64,000 bases of DNA from Selaginella moellendorffii (Eukaryota > Plantae > Lycopodiophyta): positions 1,673,387 to 1,737,386 of the forward strand of contig NW_003314294.1 of NCBI RefSeq assembly GCF_000143415.4, read 5' to 3'. The notes under the pieces were generated by a model that saw only the letters and a program-made list of their open reading frames with translations, did no database searches and was not told the DNA's origin. Positions 36,851-49,866 of this stretch are shown here, piece after piece. Position numbers and translations under genes: made by a program. The first letter of the stretch is position 1; every line of letters begins with the position of its first letter.

Positions 36851-39800
36851 GCCATACTTTAGCCACAGTATAGCAGCCCGTGTATGCATAGCCAAACAAA
36901 ACAAAAAGAATAGGCATAAAAAGTTGTGGAAGATTTTCTTAGAAGAGAAAAAATTTAAAAACAAAAAACATATAGAGAAACATGATTTAAAATGCGTCAG
37001 GAAAAGATCTAACATCTTCTTCCATTGTTACACCAGTAAAGCCTCTACAAGCAGAAGTGGAAGACGAGTGGAGTCCGTTTCAAAGCTCTCCAATATCTGT
37101 GAGACAATCAGAACCACCAATTTTACAGCAACAAGTACAGCTGCAACAGATTCAAATGGCACAGCCAGTAGCACTTGTTGTAACAATCCGGATGAAATAT
37201 CCATCATACACCACGTTCAGTGATCCTGATGAGCACATTACAACTTTCAAAAATGTCAGCACAACAAATAATGAGCAGAATCTAAAGCAAGGGTTTTTCC
37301 CTGCAACATTAAAAGATGTAACTGCAGAATGGTATGCAGCAGCAACAGTTTTTGCAGATTGGGACACCTTGAAGAAATTATTTTAATGCATTTTGACATG
37401 TAGGATTTCATCAAAGAGTGAGCGAAAAGGTGAGTACAATCACCTTGCATTCTGGAGAAATGATACAGAATTATGCAATGTGTTTTTGAAGACTTTTAGC
37501 CAAGAAAAAACCAACTCCAACAGCAGATGATCAGGTTTGATATTTTTGGCAAGGCTTACCTGAGAATGCAGCCTTTTATGTGCACTGTAACGAGCCAGCC
37601 AACTTGGATGCAGCCATCAACTTGGCATCTTGATTTGAACAGGCTAGAATACCTGGAAGAATGCAAGGTTCTAATCTCATCATGTAGCCTTTAAATTTGG
37701 AGCAACTAAATTTGAATCTGGCACATGTACTTGGTAATTCCATTGCAATACATACTTTGGTTCTGCCACAGCATCAACCTTACTTCCAGCAATGATTCCA
37801 GTGCAAGTTGCTGCAGTAGTACGGCCTTAAATTGGCTCAGTAACTTTTGAAAACCAGATCAGCAAAGTTAAAGAAGATTTGGTGGAAGCACTTACCAAAA
37901 AAATGAGCGACTTGCAAGTGAATTGGATAAAAGGAGTCCAAAGCATGCTGTAGCCAACACAAGATAGGACAAATGTGTGGTGTGTGAAATGTCAAGCATA
38001 TAGCCACCATCCAGCTCAATGTCCAGCTCCACAACAATGTCCAAATTGTCAGTTTTGTGGCCAAAACAATCACACTTTTGCAAATTGTTATTACCATCCA
38101 CAGCGAGCAATGTTGCAACAGCCTCTGCCATATACGGAGCAAGTAGGTTCTCAAATTCTGTTCCAGCAGCAGCCGCATCAAGTACCAGTAGTTCCAGCTT
38201 ATCAAGTTCAAATGACAACACCTCCACAATTTTGGAATCAAGGAAATTACCAGCAAGAAGCTCCATCACATGAATATGTCGTGCAGCAGTATGTGGTGGC
38301 TCCAAACAATGTTCCAATTTATGTTGTGTAGCAATAGTTTCAAGACATGGGTCATGGATATGGTCCTTAGTGTTATTGCCATAGAGAGTTCAGACATATA
38401 CAAGCAGAGTGTCCAAATGCAAAGAAACCAGAAGATTACCAGCCAATCTGTGGGTTGTGTGAGATGTAAGGCCTCCGTACTCAGGATCAATGTCCTCATA
38501 AGCTGCGGCAGGATCGTGGCAAGCAAGTGGCTAACTCTCGAGCCATTTTTATTCAGCTTGCTGATCGGGACAGAACATGTTATAAGCTGAGAACAAAGAG
38601 CGAAGATACAAGCGTGCCTACTTGGATGGTGCAAACAAGAAGCCAGTGACAACAAGGGCAAGGCAAGGATGTACAAGGGCAAGGCAAGGATCTTTTTGCA
38701 GATCCGAATGAAGATGATCCAGAACGGATTGCTAGGAGGCAACGCCATGAAGAGAGCGGCAAGAAAATTAAGGGTTGGCTCTAAATTTGCCGAGAACATA
38801 AAGGTAGCAATGAAGCTGTGGATCCAGTAGCGGTGCTGGAGAATGCAGGCATGTCGACCCTTGATCAGGTAAGTGAGGTCTTAGAGGAGTATAGGGGATC
38901 AGGGAAACAGGTGGAGGCAGCTAAGAAGCGCAAGTACAAGTGGGTTCTCAATTTAGAAGCTGTGCTGTATGACATTTTAAGAGACCTTGATAATCAGAGA
39001 CCAAGCATCACGTTCACTCAACTGCTTCAGCTTGCACCTGGCTTGAGGAAAATTGTTTCTACAGCAATGACAGCTCATAAGGAAGTCATGGTTAATTCTG
39101 CTTGGTCAGCAGTAGCAAATGTGTCTTCTCTGGCCATGGATGTGGACATAAAGGGGCAGCATATCCAGAATTGCTCAATTGATGGTGGCAGTAGGGTGAA
39201 TATCATTCCAGATGAGATGGTGCACAAGCTAGGACTAGGATCTTTGGTTCTAGTGAATTTCCATGTGAGGATGGCAGATCAGAGACGGGTGAAGCCATTG
39301 GGAGTGATCACAACTGTGCAGATGGAAGTTGTGGGGCTGATTTTCTTTGCAGACTTTGTGGTGTTAAGGATGAGCTTGGGCGAGCTAACTTACTCGTTGC
39401 TTCTTGGACGACCTTGGATATTGCAAGCTGATGCTATCCATTATTGGAGGAAGGGCTCCATGAAGGTGAGCAATGGTAATGTCAGAAAAAGGGTTCAAGT
39501 GAGCATTAGAGCCCCACTGCCAAGATCCACAAAGCCAAAAGGACTGAAACCAGATGATGATAGCAGTGATACAACTTCAAAAAGTTTGGAGGAAGCAGAC
39601 AGCAACAATGGCTCAAGCAGCTCAAGTTCCAGCAATGAAGAAGATGCTACCATAGTGCAAAAAGAGACAGTGCCTTATGAAGATCTAGTACTTCCACCTT
39701 TTGAACATGACTCTACTAGTGATCATTTAAAGTTCTGGCTGTGGAGAGGAGACGTGGATTGCAACGTGGTTAAAGTCAAAGTTCTAGAGTTGACAAAGAA

Positions 39801-40556
39801 TGAGAAGCTGGCACATTATCTGGGGCACTTCCAAGCAGCGGAGGTGGCAGAAAAACCATGGAAAATTCAAGAAGATCCAGCCACTGAAATAGGACAAAAG
39901 GCCAAGCTTGACAAATCTCCAAAGCTTCAGGATTTGAATCTTGGGACGTTGGATGATCCTTGACTAGTGAAGATTGGAGCAGAACTAGAGATGCAACACA
40001 AAAGAAAGTTCATGGCACTTTTGCAACGATACATGGATGTCTTTGCCTGGAAATACGAGGACATGAAGGGAATGGATCCCAAGTTGGCTATTCCATTAGT
40101 ACCTGGTGTTGTTCCTATTTGACAACAGCCATACAGGACAAATATGCATTTTTCTAAGGCGGTGCGAGAGGAGATTGATAAGTTGCAGAGTGTTGGATTT
40201 ATCTTTGAGGTGGAGGTGAATGAGTGGCTATCTCCTATCATGGTGGTCAAAAAGAAGAGTGTAGCTCTGCATGTATGTGTGGATTATCGGAGATTGAATG
40301 ATGCTACGGTAAAAGACGGTTTCCTATTGCCATTTACTAACACCGTGCTAGATATTGTGGCAGGCCATGAGCTTTATTCTTTTCTCAATGGCTTTAGTGG
40401 TTACAATAAGATCTAGATTGCAGCTGAAGATCAGTTGAAAACAGCTTTTGTGACTGAGTGGGGATGTTATGCGTATCAGGTGATGCCATTTGGATTATTG
40501 AATGCACCAGCAACTTTTCAAAGAGCTGTGACTGCAGCTTTCCAGCCTTAGATGCA

Positions 40557-41419
40557 CTAGGGCTCACATCAATTCACTCTTTTCGATTTGGGGTTTATCT
40601 TTACTTTACTGCTACACTCTTTTGATTTTGATAAAATTGATAATTCTTGATCTTTTTGTTAAATAAAAGAACACTAATTGCTATGGAAGTTGGCCCCTAT
40701 TGGCCTCTATTGTGTCTTGTTCTAGAACCCAGAATTATTGGGTTTGTCCTTTTTTTACTATAGCATTATTTTTAAAAGTTGTAATAACTAAGCATATCCT
40801 ATTTTAATGCTATTTAAAAAACCTTTATAAAGCAGATATAAACCATTTCATACTTAAAGAATGACAGAGTTTGTTGTAGTTGTTTTCCTTTATTCATTTT
40901 TACTATATTTTCTTTTAGTTGGTGGGTATTTGCCAAGTGAAGCAACTCAAGATTGTATATCAATTGGTCCACAAGATCCACCTTCTCCCCAAGCATATTT
41001 TCATGTAACAAATCTGTGTAAAGTTAGGTACTTTAATAATTTTTGGGAAAATGGAGAATATACTGCCTCGGGAGGAGGAATATATGTCACAATTACTGTT
41101 AATACTATGTATAGTAGGGCATCAATTCAACAAGATATAGAACAAGCTTTTAATTTTATATGGATTAGATGTATATCAGTGCTACGTCAAATGGGTGCTT
41201 TTGTTTATTTGAATGATGGAAGTTTATCAGTTAATGTTCAGATTGCATGAAGAAGAGAGTTATTAAAAGATCTTGATAGAATTAAAATAACAAAAGAATG
41301 TTCATCTTTATAAATACCATTAATATTATTAAAATATATTATTATTTATAAATTTAAAATAAAAATTAATAAAAGAATATAATCCAGAGTGTAGTATTTA
41401 AAACATATAATATAACAGA
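40557..41419 (-). mobile_element. Putative non-autonomous Helitron-like insertion (863 bp) inside the RT domain
   Basis: AT-rich block interrupts RT. On the minus strand it reads A|TCTGTTATATTATA...CCCTAG|T, i.e. TC...CTAG ends in an AT target with no TSD. No clear subterminal hairpin. Confidence 0.5.
40861..41250 (+). CDS. Small predicted secreted protein (129 aa), unknown family
   Basis: Intact ATG-to-TGA ORF in very AT-rich DNA; hydrophobic N-terminus followed by a plausible cleavage site (SEA|TQD); three Cys. Confidence 0.55.
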   Translation: MTEFVVVVFLYSFLLYFLLVGGYLPSEATQDCISIGPQDPPSPQAYFHVTNLCKVRYFNNFWENGEYTASGGGIYVTITVNTMYSRASIQQDIEQAFNFIWIRCISVLRQMGAFVYLNDGSLSVNVQIA

Positions 41420-43989
41420 TATTATATGGAGGTATTTCTAGACGACTTCATTGTTTTTACAGACCGTGGAAGTCATCTTGCAAAACTAGCATCATGTTTT
41501 GAGTGATGCTAGGACGGATTGTTTCTAAAGATGGTCTAGCTGTTGATCCAGAAAATATGAGGTTCATTCAGGCTTTACCAGCACCAGCAGATGTGAAGCA
41601 GTTGCAGGCTTTTCTCGGTCACATGGGATATCATCGCAGGTTTATCCGGAGATATGCTGAAAAAGCTTTGCCACTGACAGAGTTTCTGCGTAAGGACGTG
41701 AAGTATGAGTGGACAGAACTATGGCAGCAGGCTTTGATCTTCTTAAGAAGTTGATGATTACAGCTCCAATTTTAAGGATGCCAGATTGGGAGCGGATTTT
41801 CCATGTACATGTTGACGCATCGGCTGTGGCAGTTGGCTCGGTTTTATGTCAGCCTTTTGAGGATGGCTGGGACCATCCATTGAGCTATGATAGCAGGCAG
41901 CTTTCTGCAGCAGAAAAGAACTACTCAGCTACTAATCGAGAAGGACTTGGCATGATTTTTGCAGTGCGGTGGTATCAACATTATCTGCTCGGCAAGGAAT
42001 TCATTTTTTATGTAGATCACCAAGCACTTAAATACTTGATCTTGAAGCCGTGCAGGACAGGTCGAGTGACTCGGTGGCTGCTGATCTTACAGGAATTCCA
42101 GTTTAAAGTCATGTTAAAACCGGGATGTAGTCACAACATGCCAGATCATCTTTCGAGGCTGTCAACAACAACTTTAGATGATCAAGTGGAAGTGGATGAT
42201 GAGATTCCAGATGCAGATATATTTCTAGTTAGTGAGGAGCAGCTAGATATCCAGTTATTCCAGGTCGAAGCTGTCCAGAATCATATCAAGAGGTGGCACA
42301 GTTTTTGGCAAGTGGTGAATATCCAGAAGATTTTTCAGCCAAACAGCGAAGGTGACTGCTGCTCCAATCTCGATGATTTACTCTCTTAGCTGGCCAGCTC
42401 TATCATATTGGAAATGATGGAGTGCTGAGACGTTGCATTCTTCCACATGAGGTACCTCAAGTTATTTATGCTTGTCATGACTCACCTTTCAATGGCCATT
42501 TTGGCAAGGATGCTACACTTGAGTTGGTGAAACGAGCAGGTTTTTGGTGGTCGACTATGCACAAAGATGTTTCTGAATATGTGTGAGGCTGTGATCAGTG
42601 TCAACATACAGGCAAACCATCTTGACGTGACATGATGCCACTGAATCTGTTGTCGCAGGTGTTGCCGTTTACCAAGTGGGGAATTGACTTTGTTGGGCCT
42701 CTGCCAGCGACAAAACACACTTGATGTAGGTACGTTTTGGTTTGCACTGATTACATTATAAAGTGGCCCAACAGGTAAAAAAGTTGCTGAGTTTTTGTAC
42801 GAGCAGGTGATCATTCATTTTGGCTGTCCACTGGAGCTGGTTAGCGGCAGAGGCTCTCATTTCTTGAACAAAGTGATGGCAGCTCTTACTACACTGTATG
42901 GTGTGTCACACAGAAAATCAACGCCATAGTATCCTTGCTGCAATGGAGAAGTCGAGCGAATGAATGGTATGCTGTGTAATATCATTTCTAAGATATGTTC
43001 CACAAGCAGGTTGGACTGGGATAAGAGGCTTCTCGATGCCGTCTGGGCTTACAGAGTAGCTTACAAGGTGACTATACTTGCCTCACCGTTTCAGCTGGTT
43101 TATGGACAGGAAGCTGTGTTACCAATCGAGCTCGAAATCCCATCTCTTCGAGTGGCTACAACTTATGATTTAGATTGGAATGGAGCTTTGGCTAACAGAT
43201 TACAGCAACTAGATCGGTTGGATGAGAGGCGACTTCTAGCTTTTTAGGCTCGTGAGGTGATGCAGCGTTGCAGAAAAATCTGGCATGACAAGTATATCAA
43301 GCAAAAGCAGTTTCTTGTGGGTGATAAAGTTCTTCTTTATGATTCGAAGTACTGGAAAAGGCCAAGAAAGTTGCAGAACAGATGGACAGGGCCATATTTG
43401 GTTGCAGAGGTGTTTGCTAATGGCTCAGTCCAGCTCCAAGATTTTATGGAAATCTTTTGCTGACTCAAGTGAATGGATATTGCATTAAAAAATATGTGGA
43501 GCAACCTTTTCAATGCCTCGAGGACATGGCATCAACTGTTGTGGTGGAATGATGTTGATGGCAAATTGTGTCTTTTTCTAATTTTTTGCAGTTAAGAGCT
43601 TTACAAGAAGAAAATAAGTAGAAGCTGCAAAGATTTTAAAGGAATATCCAAATATTCCAAAAGAATCTGTGTGTAGAGATCCAGCAGGTGGGATGAAGTT
43701 GGTTAGGGCAGTGGAAGAGATGGAGTGTGATGACGAGTGGAACATGGCGAGTAGAGCCAAGGCCAGAGGGTGTAGTATAGAGGAGAGCAAATATGGTCAC
43801 ACAGTAGATGTGAGTGAGGCGTCGCATGGAGCAGGTTTGGCTTGCAAGCGATTAGAGAGTATGCACTATCAACTTGCATTATGAACAGGAGTGGTTATGC
43901 TTCTTAGTTGATGTATTGGCGGAGTTGCTTATGAATCAGTAGCAATTTCCTTTTCCATTGTAGTTCTAGAAGTGTTGACTTGGGATTAG

Positions 43990-45697
43990 TTTGTGTGTGC
44001 TTGTAATAGTTGTTAATGCCTTAATTACACACTTTCTCCACCTAACAATCTACTTCAAGTGTTAATGAATAAATTAATAAGCTATAACAAGTGAATGCTA
44101 TAATCCTTTCCAACACCTTATGGGCAAGGAAACAAAGTACCAATATAAGCTTAGTATATCATAAATCACTATTGAGAACTCAATCAAAGCTATTATAATG
44201 TTACTATGTGGAAGTAGACTTTCTTCACTATCAACTAATTTGGGGTTGATCATCGTTTGATTAAGCAACTTCGTAAATATATTGTTTATTATTACATGGA
44301 TATAATATAAGTATCACAATGATTTGATCATCAATCGAGCAACACCACGAGTAACACCCATGTCACTACTACAAAGGTTTATGTGAGTATCAAGTATCAA
44401 CTCGATTTGACAAAATGCAATATAAATGCCACACCCCATCGATACAACACTTAACACTACTAACTTTTATTCACAACATAAACAAGCTTATACCACTCTT
44501 TGTTTGACTAAACTCAAAACTAATCCAACACCAAGCTACTCAAGGAGTAATAGCAAAGTTCCCCAAAAACAAATTGAGGATTGTAACCTAAGTCTTCAAT
44601 AACAAGCCTAAAAAAAATGGTTTAATGCTTTACCACTATCAATCCCATGATTCACCACTTGTAAGACCATTATAACCAACATGCATCAAGATAAAAACTC
44701 TTAATTGCATGATGTGAACACGAGCAATGAGTTACACTTCATTGCCAAATTATCTTTCCAAAAGAGAAAATGATTTACGTGTTTGATCCTTCATCCCTGA
44801 TAACTCTCTTTTTCGATTTCATCTTTGATTAAACCTCAAGCTTGCATTCGCACTACGGAGCAACTTGGAATAGTCCTAGAGCATTCAGCATCTTAATGCT
44901 AGGACCAGCATGCAAAATGGAACCAAACGAAGTCTGGTGTTATTTCAGCATACCAGTGGTTTAACATGAGGATATACCAACTAGCATGGTGTGGAACTTG
45001 GGCTTACACCCAAGCCGGATGTAGAACAAAAATAGGCACGCAAATAAGAGTTAGACTATGCCTTAGGTTAATTGGCCATGCCCGACCTATCCACTATTCC
45101 TACCATACATTTGAAACCCCCCATAGCCCCCTCCCTTGAGGAACATGTACTTTGGGATTTCATCCTTAGCTATCCTTAGGAGTTAGTCTCTAGGATTAAT
45201 TTGAAACTTACTAAATATGGAATGACATTAGATTGCAAATTTGAACACGGGATGAATACTATTGTGTTCAAGACAATCTCTACATTCCATAGATATGCCA
45301 AATTAGAAAATCTAGACACTTTCTATAAATAGTAATTGGGACCAAACAAAATTAATACAAGGTGTATGATAGCAAGGGTGTTTGGCAGACACAGTAAGCT
45401 ATCATCTAACAATATTGAGAGACTACTCTCAATATGCGAGGATTCTGATAACTAGCCAATGCAAGACAGAATGAGATGAGAACTCCTTACTGGGATAAGT
45501 ATGCTTAGCTAATAACACATAGGAATTCCGTCATTGGTTTAAGTACACTCAAAATGCCCAGTTAGCTCCATTAGTACAAAAGAGATTGATAAAGGGTCTA
45601 GCAATACTAACCTCTTGGCATCGTGGTAATAAGGAAAAAATATCTGAAAAGACTAGTTGATAGATAGTTTTTGATACCCACACTCACATTCACAATA
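43990..45697 (-). mobile_element. Old, internally deleted copy of the LTR element at 57297-63750 (partial LTR + internal sequence)
   Basis: 44860-45697 is a reverse-complement match to LTR 57297-58210; 43990-44855 matches internal 58970-59840. Many CpG-decay transitions. Confidence 0.85.
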
Positions 45698-48600
45698 TTA
45701 AAAAAATTCTTGTGTGGTTGAGTGCTAAATTGAAAGAAGGCTATAGAATAAAGGATTTTGCTTCCATATTTAGAGGAATATGTGTACATTACATGAATAT
45801 CTCAAGACCATACGTTGGGAAAGGATGTATCCCCTCAAGAGTGTTGTTATGGTTCAAGTGCTTTTTAAAGAGCTTCTAATGATATAGGGGATATATTTGT
45901 CATAGCAAGATAAGAGAAATAAGATATAGAGTGAGCTAGAAAGTGATAAGAGCTGTGTTGGCTAGTGTTTACCTAGAGTAAGTTTTGCGAAGGAGATTGG
46001 AACCAATTCCCCATCTACATTTTTATATGGAGTCATATATGAAGTTCAAGTGCATCGACAATAAGTTTTCCCCACCATATTAAAATCATAGTCTTGATGC
46101 AACTTTTGTTTTACAACATATTGTAAGCTAGAGCCTTGAGGCATCTATTTACATAGAATCATTGGCATTGGTAAGTGTTTGAAAAATGTCAAAATAATAT
46201 TACACACTTGGTGGTTGCATAGGGAGCTATTATGTCATTGGTATGCTTGTGTTAACAAACAAAAGAGGACCAACTTTTTACAAATGCTATTGTAGAACGG
46301 TTTTACAATTTGGCCAGCCCAAACATATGTGCGGCAACTAGGCAGAGGAGTTCAATGCAATAAAGATGGATATGATGAGGGCTCACAATATAGTATTGGT
46401 TTCTTAGTTTAAAACTAGGTGAAAATTGGGATTAATGACAATATGTTTATAGTGGATCAAACACTTTTGGAGGGAGGTATGGTGTAAAGTGGCTTGGTAT
46501 TTTAAAATGATGATTCTAACTATGGAGTGTCATCCCCTAATTGACATGAGGGATAACTAACATGCTTATAGTTTGCTTGAGGTCATTTATGTTGAATTTA
46601 CACAATGCCTTATGAACATATAAATACATGGAATCTGCACATAGTGCGCACTCTCACAAAGAGGCACAAATATTGCCCCACACATATCCTAACAAGACTA
46701 TTTCAACTAAACAAGCAGAGGGCATGGTGGTAACAAGGTTTCAATTTACAAGTTCTAACATGCAATTGCTGTAGTATAGTCATGCCTTTGACCTCAAAAG
46801 ACATTGTTGCACTAACCATTAATGAAATGCAGCTTTGGTCCCTCTTCATGAAGTACATGTGCAAAGTCTTTCTATTGTCGATACACTTTATGGTTTTCTT
46901 TTATTAGGAGCTAGTAGGCTCTATAATTGCACATACAAAAGAAATATGGAATGGCTTGAGTTTGACCACAAGGTCATGTTACACCTCACACTCATGCTAG
47001 AGGTTGGATGTGCATCCCGTAGCACCCTTCCCACGCATGTGTATTTGGAGCATACCATCACGTTTCCAGGATTGCCAATGCAAAAAAGAGAGGCATGTTA
47101 AATGTCGCTTGAGGCCTATATCCAAAATATAATAGTAGCTCATTATGTTTATCAAAATTGTCATATAATTTTTGCAACTTATAAAGTGTTATCATCTAGA
47201 CTCTGCCGAAAAAATATTCATTCTATGTACTACTATATCTTACTCAAACCACTCTAACGCTCACCATGTAAACCACTCAACACTTGCCAAAGAGAGGTGA
47301 CTACTCTATTGCATACCTCAACTTATATAGAAACTACTCTACATTATAATAATAGTCCTTAACCTCTAAGCTTAAGAAGTAAGTTGACACCTTGGGAGGA
47401 CATGGCTCTGCATCTATTGGTTTTGATGCTTGGCCATACTCATGATGAAAGACTTGGATAGTAACTCATTGCCTAACACTGAGAAATTCTATCCTTGTCG
47501 CAAAGTAATGGAGTATATATATCTTTGGGGTTGTCATTGCTATCACCAAAGCTTTAAAGTAAGCTCTTTGATGAAGAGGTAGATGTTTTATTTTGTGTAT
47601 CATCCTAGATAGAACAAAAAAAGAAAGCTTAGGTGAAATAGAATTACGTCTAAGTTTAGGCATTTAAAGAAGAAAGACTCAACCTAGACAATGCTCATTA
47701 TAGACAAGTATGAAGTAGTTAGGAATGGTTATAAAAATCATGTAGTATATAAAAAGCACTTAGACATGCTGGAAAAAAACCCCCACTCACTATTGTATTT
47801 ATTTGCATTGAATTAACTATGTTTTCTCCCACCTATGACTGTTTGTGCAAAATAGAGTTGAGGGAGTGATATATACTTATCTTTGCTTATGCCGTTAAGA
47901 TTCAAGGCTGAGTTCTTTTTTATTCTGTGCTTTGTTTCATACTTACTCATTTTTGGCAACCATGGTGGGATAAGCTGTCACTCTTTAACTTGAAAAACAG
48001 CTGAGAGAAAAGTGCTTATGAATTCCAAATGTATCTAGCACTAGGAATCACAAGTAAATCTTTTTAGTGATTGCAGAGGCATTAAGCCCAGATAACACTA
48101 AACGAAGGAGCTCTTTTTGCGATTGCAATGATTTAGTGCCTAGACAACATAAGAAAGATAATTTTTTAATTATCACCTAAGTCATAGAGCATGGCATAAG
48201 TTTAAAATTGGAGTTTGGAATATATTGCCAAGAAACTCAAGTTCAAATTATTTTGTTAACAATTTCTTGAGAAAAATCTAAAAGAAGAAGGAATGGAGTT
48301 TATTTTATGTGGAAAACACAATTAACTACTTTAGAATTATTTTTTTCTGAGCAAGTTTTCACTTAGGTTATTAAAGGACAAATTTTTCAATAGCATGTCA
48401 CAATTTTTCTAAGCATACATAAGCATGAAAATTGGGCACTTATAACTCTTGTCTTTGACTCCAGCGTAAAGAGAGTTAGAGCCGACTTTAGTGAAGAACA
48501 AATTAGGGAATTATTTGCCTAAATCTTACGAAGCTTTAACAAAAGCAAAATCACAATTAAAATATTGTGTTGTCTCAAGGCTTTGATCCAAGGTCCTTTA

Positions 48601-49866
48601 GCTTAGACTATTACTCAGACACAGTTTGAAAGTAGATTTATCCAGCATTTAAATCTTTTAAAGCTCTATTTCGTTAAAGTGGGATTTATTCAGTAAAATG
48701 GGACTAGGTACAAATTTTCAAGTATTTGAAAATGACGTGAAATTATATGTTTTTTGTCCAGGGGCTAGACATATCTGGGGCATGGTGACTAGCGCGGTGA
48801 CCTTATGTCCAGACTGAGTCCATCTAGTTGTATAATAAATCTCATTGTCAAGGTGAACAAGCCGAATCTGAAGCTAAAGAAGAGCGATGGCATGCGCGCA
48901 CACACTATTTGTTTGTTCATTGAGCGTGTGGTGAGCTTTCCAAGATGAACATCATTCCTATTAGCCAGACATATAACTTAATGGTGAGAACATTTAGATA
49001 TTATTCAATGTTATCTTTTTCTAACGAATCTAATTGTGAAGGTGTAGCAAGAGGCATTGCTAGTCTGGAGAAGTCATTTAACTCATTTGACCCTTAGTGT
49101 ATTTTCATGAAACTAAATAACATTCATATTATTAAGGAATTTCTCTAGTACCTTTTTTTTACGACATAGAGGCTTGCATTTCTTTCAAAGGTGATTTAGT
49201 AAAAGGCCTGAGGGCACATGCCATTCTATTTCTCAGACCGGTATTAAGATATACTAGTGCAAAGGGAAAAAGGTATTTGGTGATCAAGTAAATGGCATGA
49301 GGGCACACGCCATTATAAGCCTAAGCGCTAGTGGACACCTCCTTTTTGGTACTCTCAGCGGTACTATCATCCTTCTCCGGGTCAGTTGTTTTGCTTTGGA
49401 TTGTTGTCTCTGACGTTACTGGGGCGTTCTCGATAGTTGTTAATGTTGCCGTTTGTTCAGAAAAATGATCACCTGGAGTATAGTACGGGGAGTTTGGAAG
49501 ACTTATATATTCTACATCTTCACCTATCTCCTTCTCCGTCTCCTTTTCTGCCTCACTTACAGATTTTGTGCTTGCCATGAGAACGCTCTTCACCCTAAAA
49601 TATGGAGTTCGTTGTGTTATAAAAGGAAACCAACACACACGCTGCAAGGGAATGATGGTACATAAAGCACGTAAGCCCACAATATGGGTTTATGTGCCAT
49701 TAATATGGGCCACACGCCATATTATTAGATTTATGCACGTGTGATTGGTAAATGCATATGTCACATCATCTTTGTTTTACCTCACACACTATATCAAGCC
49801 TCCTTTGATTCAGATTCGGATTGTTCACCTTGAAATAAAATACATTAGAAACTTTGTAAAGGAATA

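Larger units (their letters stand above)
36990..43550 (+). mobile_element. Decayed non-chromoviral Ty3/gypsy element (gag-PR-RT-RH-INT); LTRs not identified
   Basis: gag (PDEHITTF..FPATLKD..EWY), CCHC knuckles (CVKCQAYSHHPAQC, CQFCGQNNHTFANC), protease IDGGSRVNII, RT CVDYRRLN and VFLDDF, RH HVDAS and YVDHQAL, integrase with GPY. Confidence 0.88.

Noticed and set aside
45700-48660. AT-rich stretch, possibly an old TE remnant
   Set aside because: No ORF or motif I can assign.
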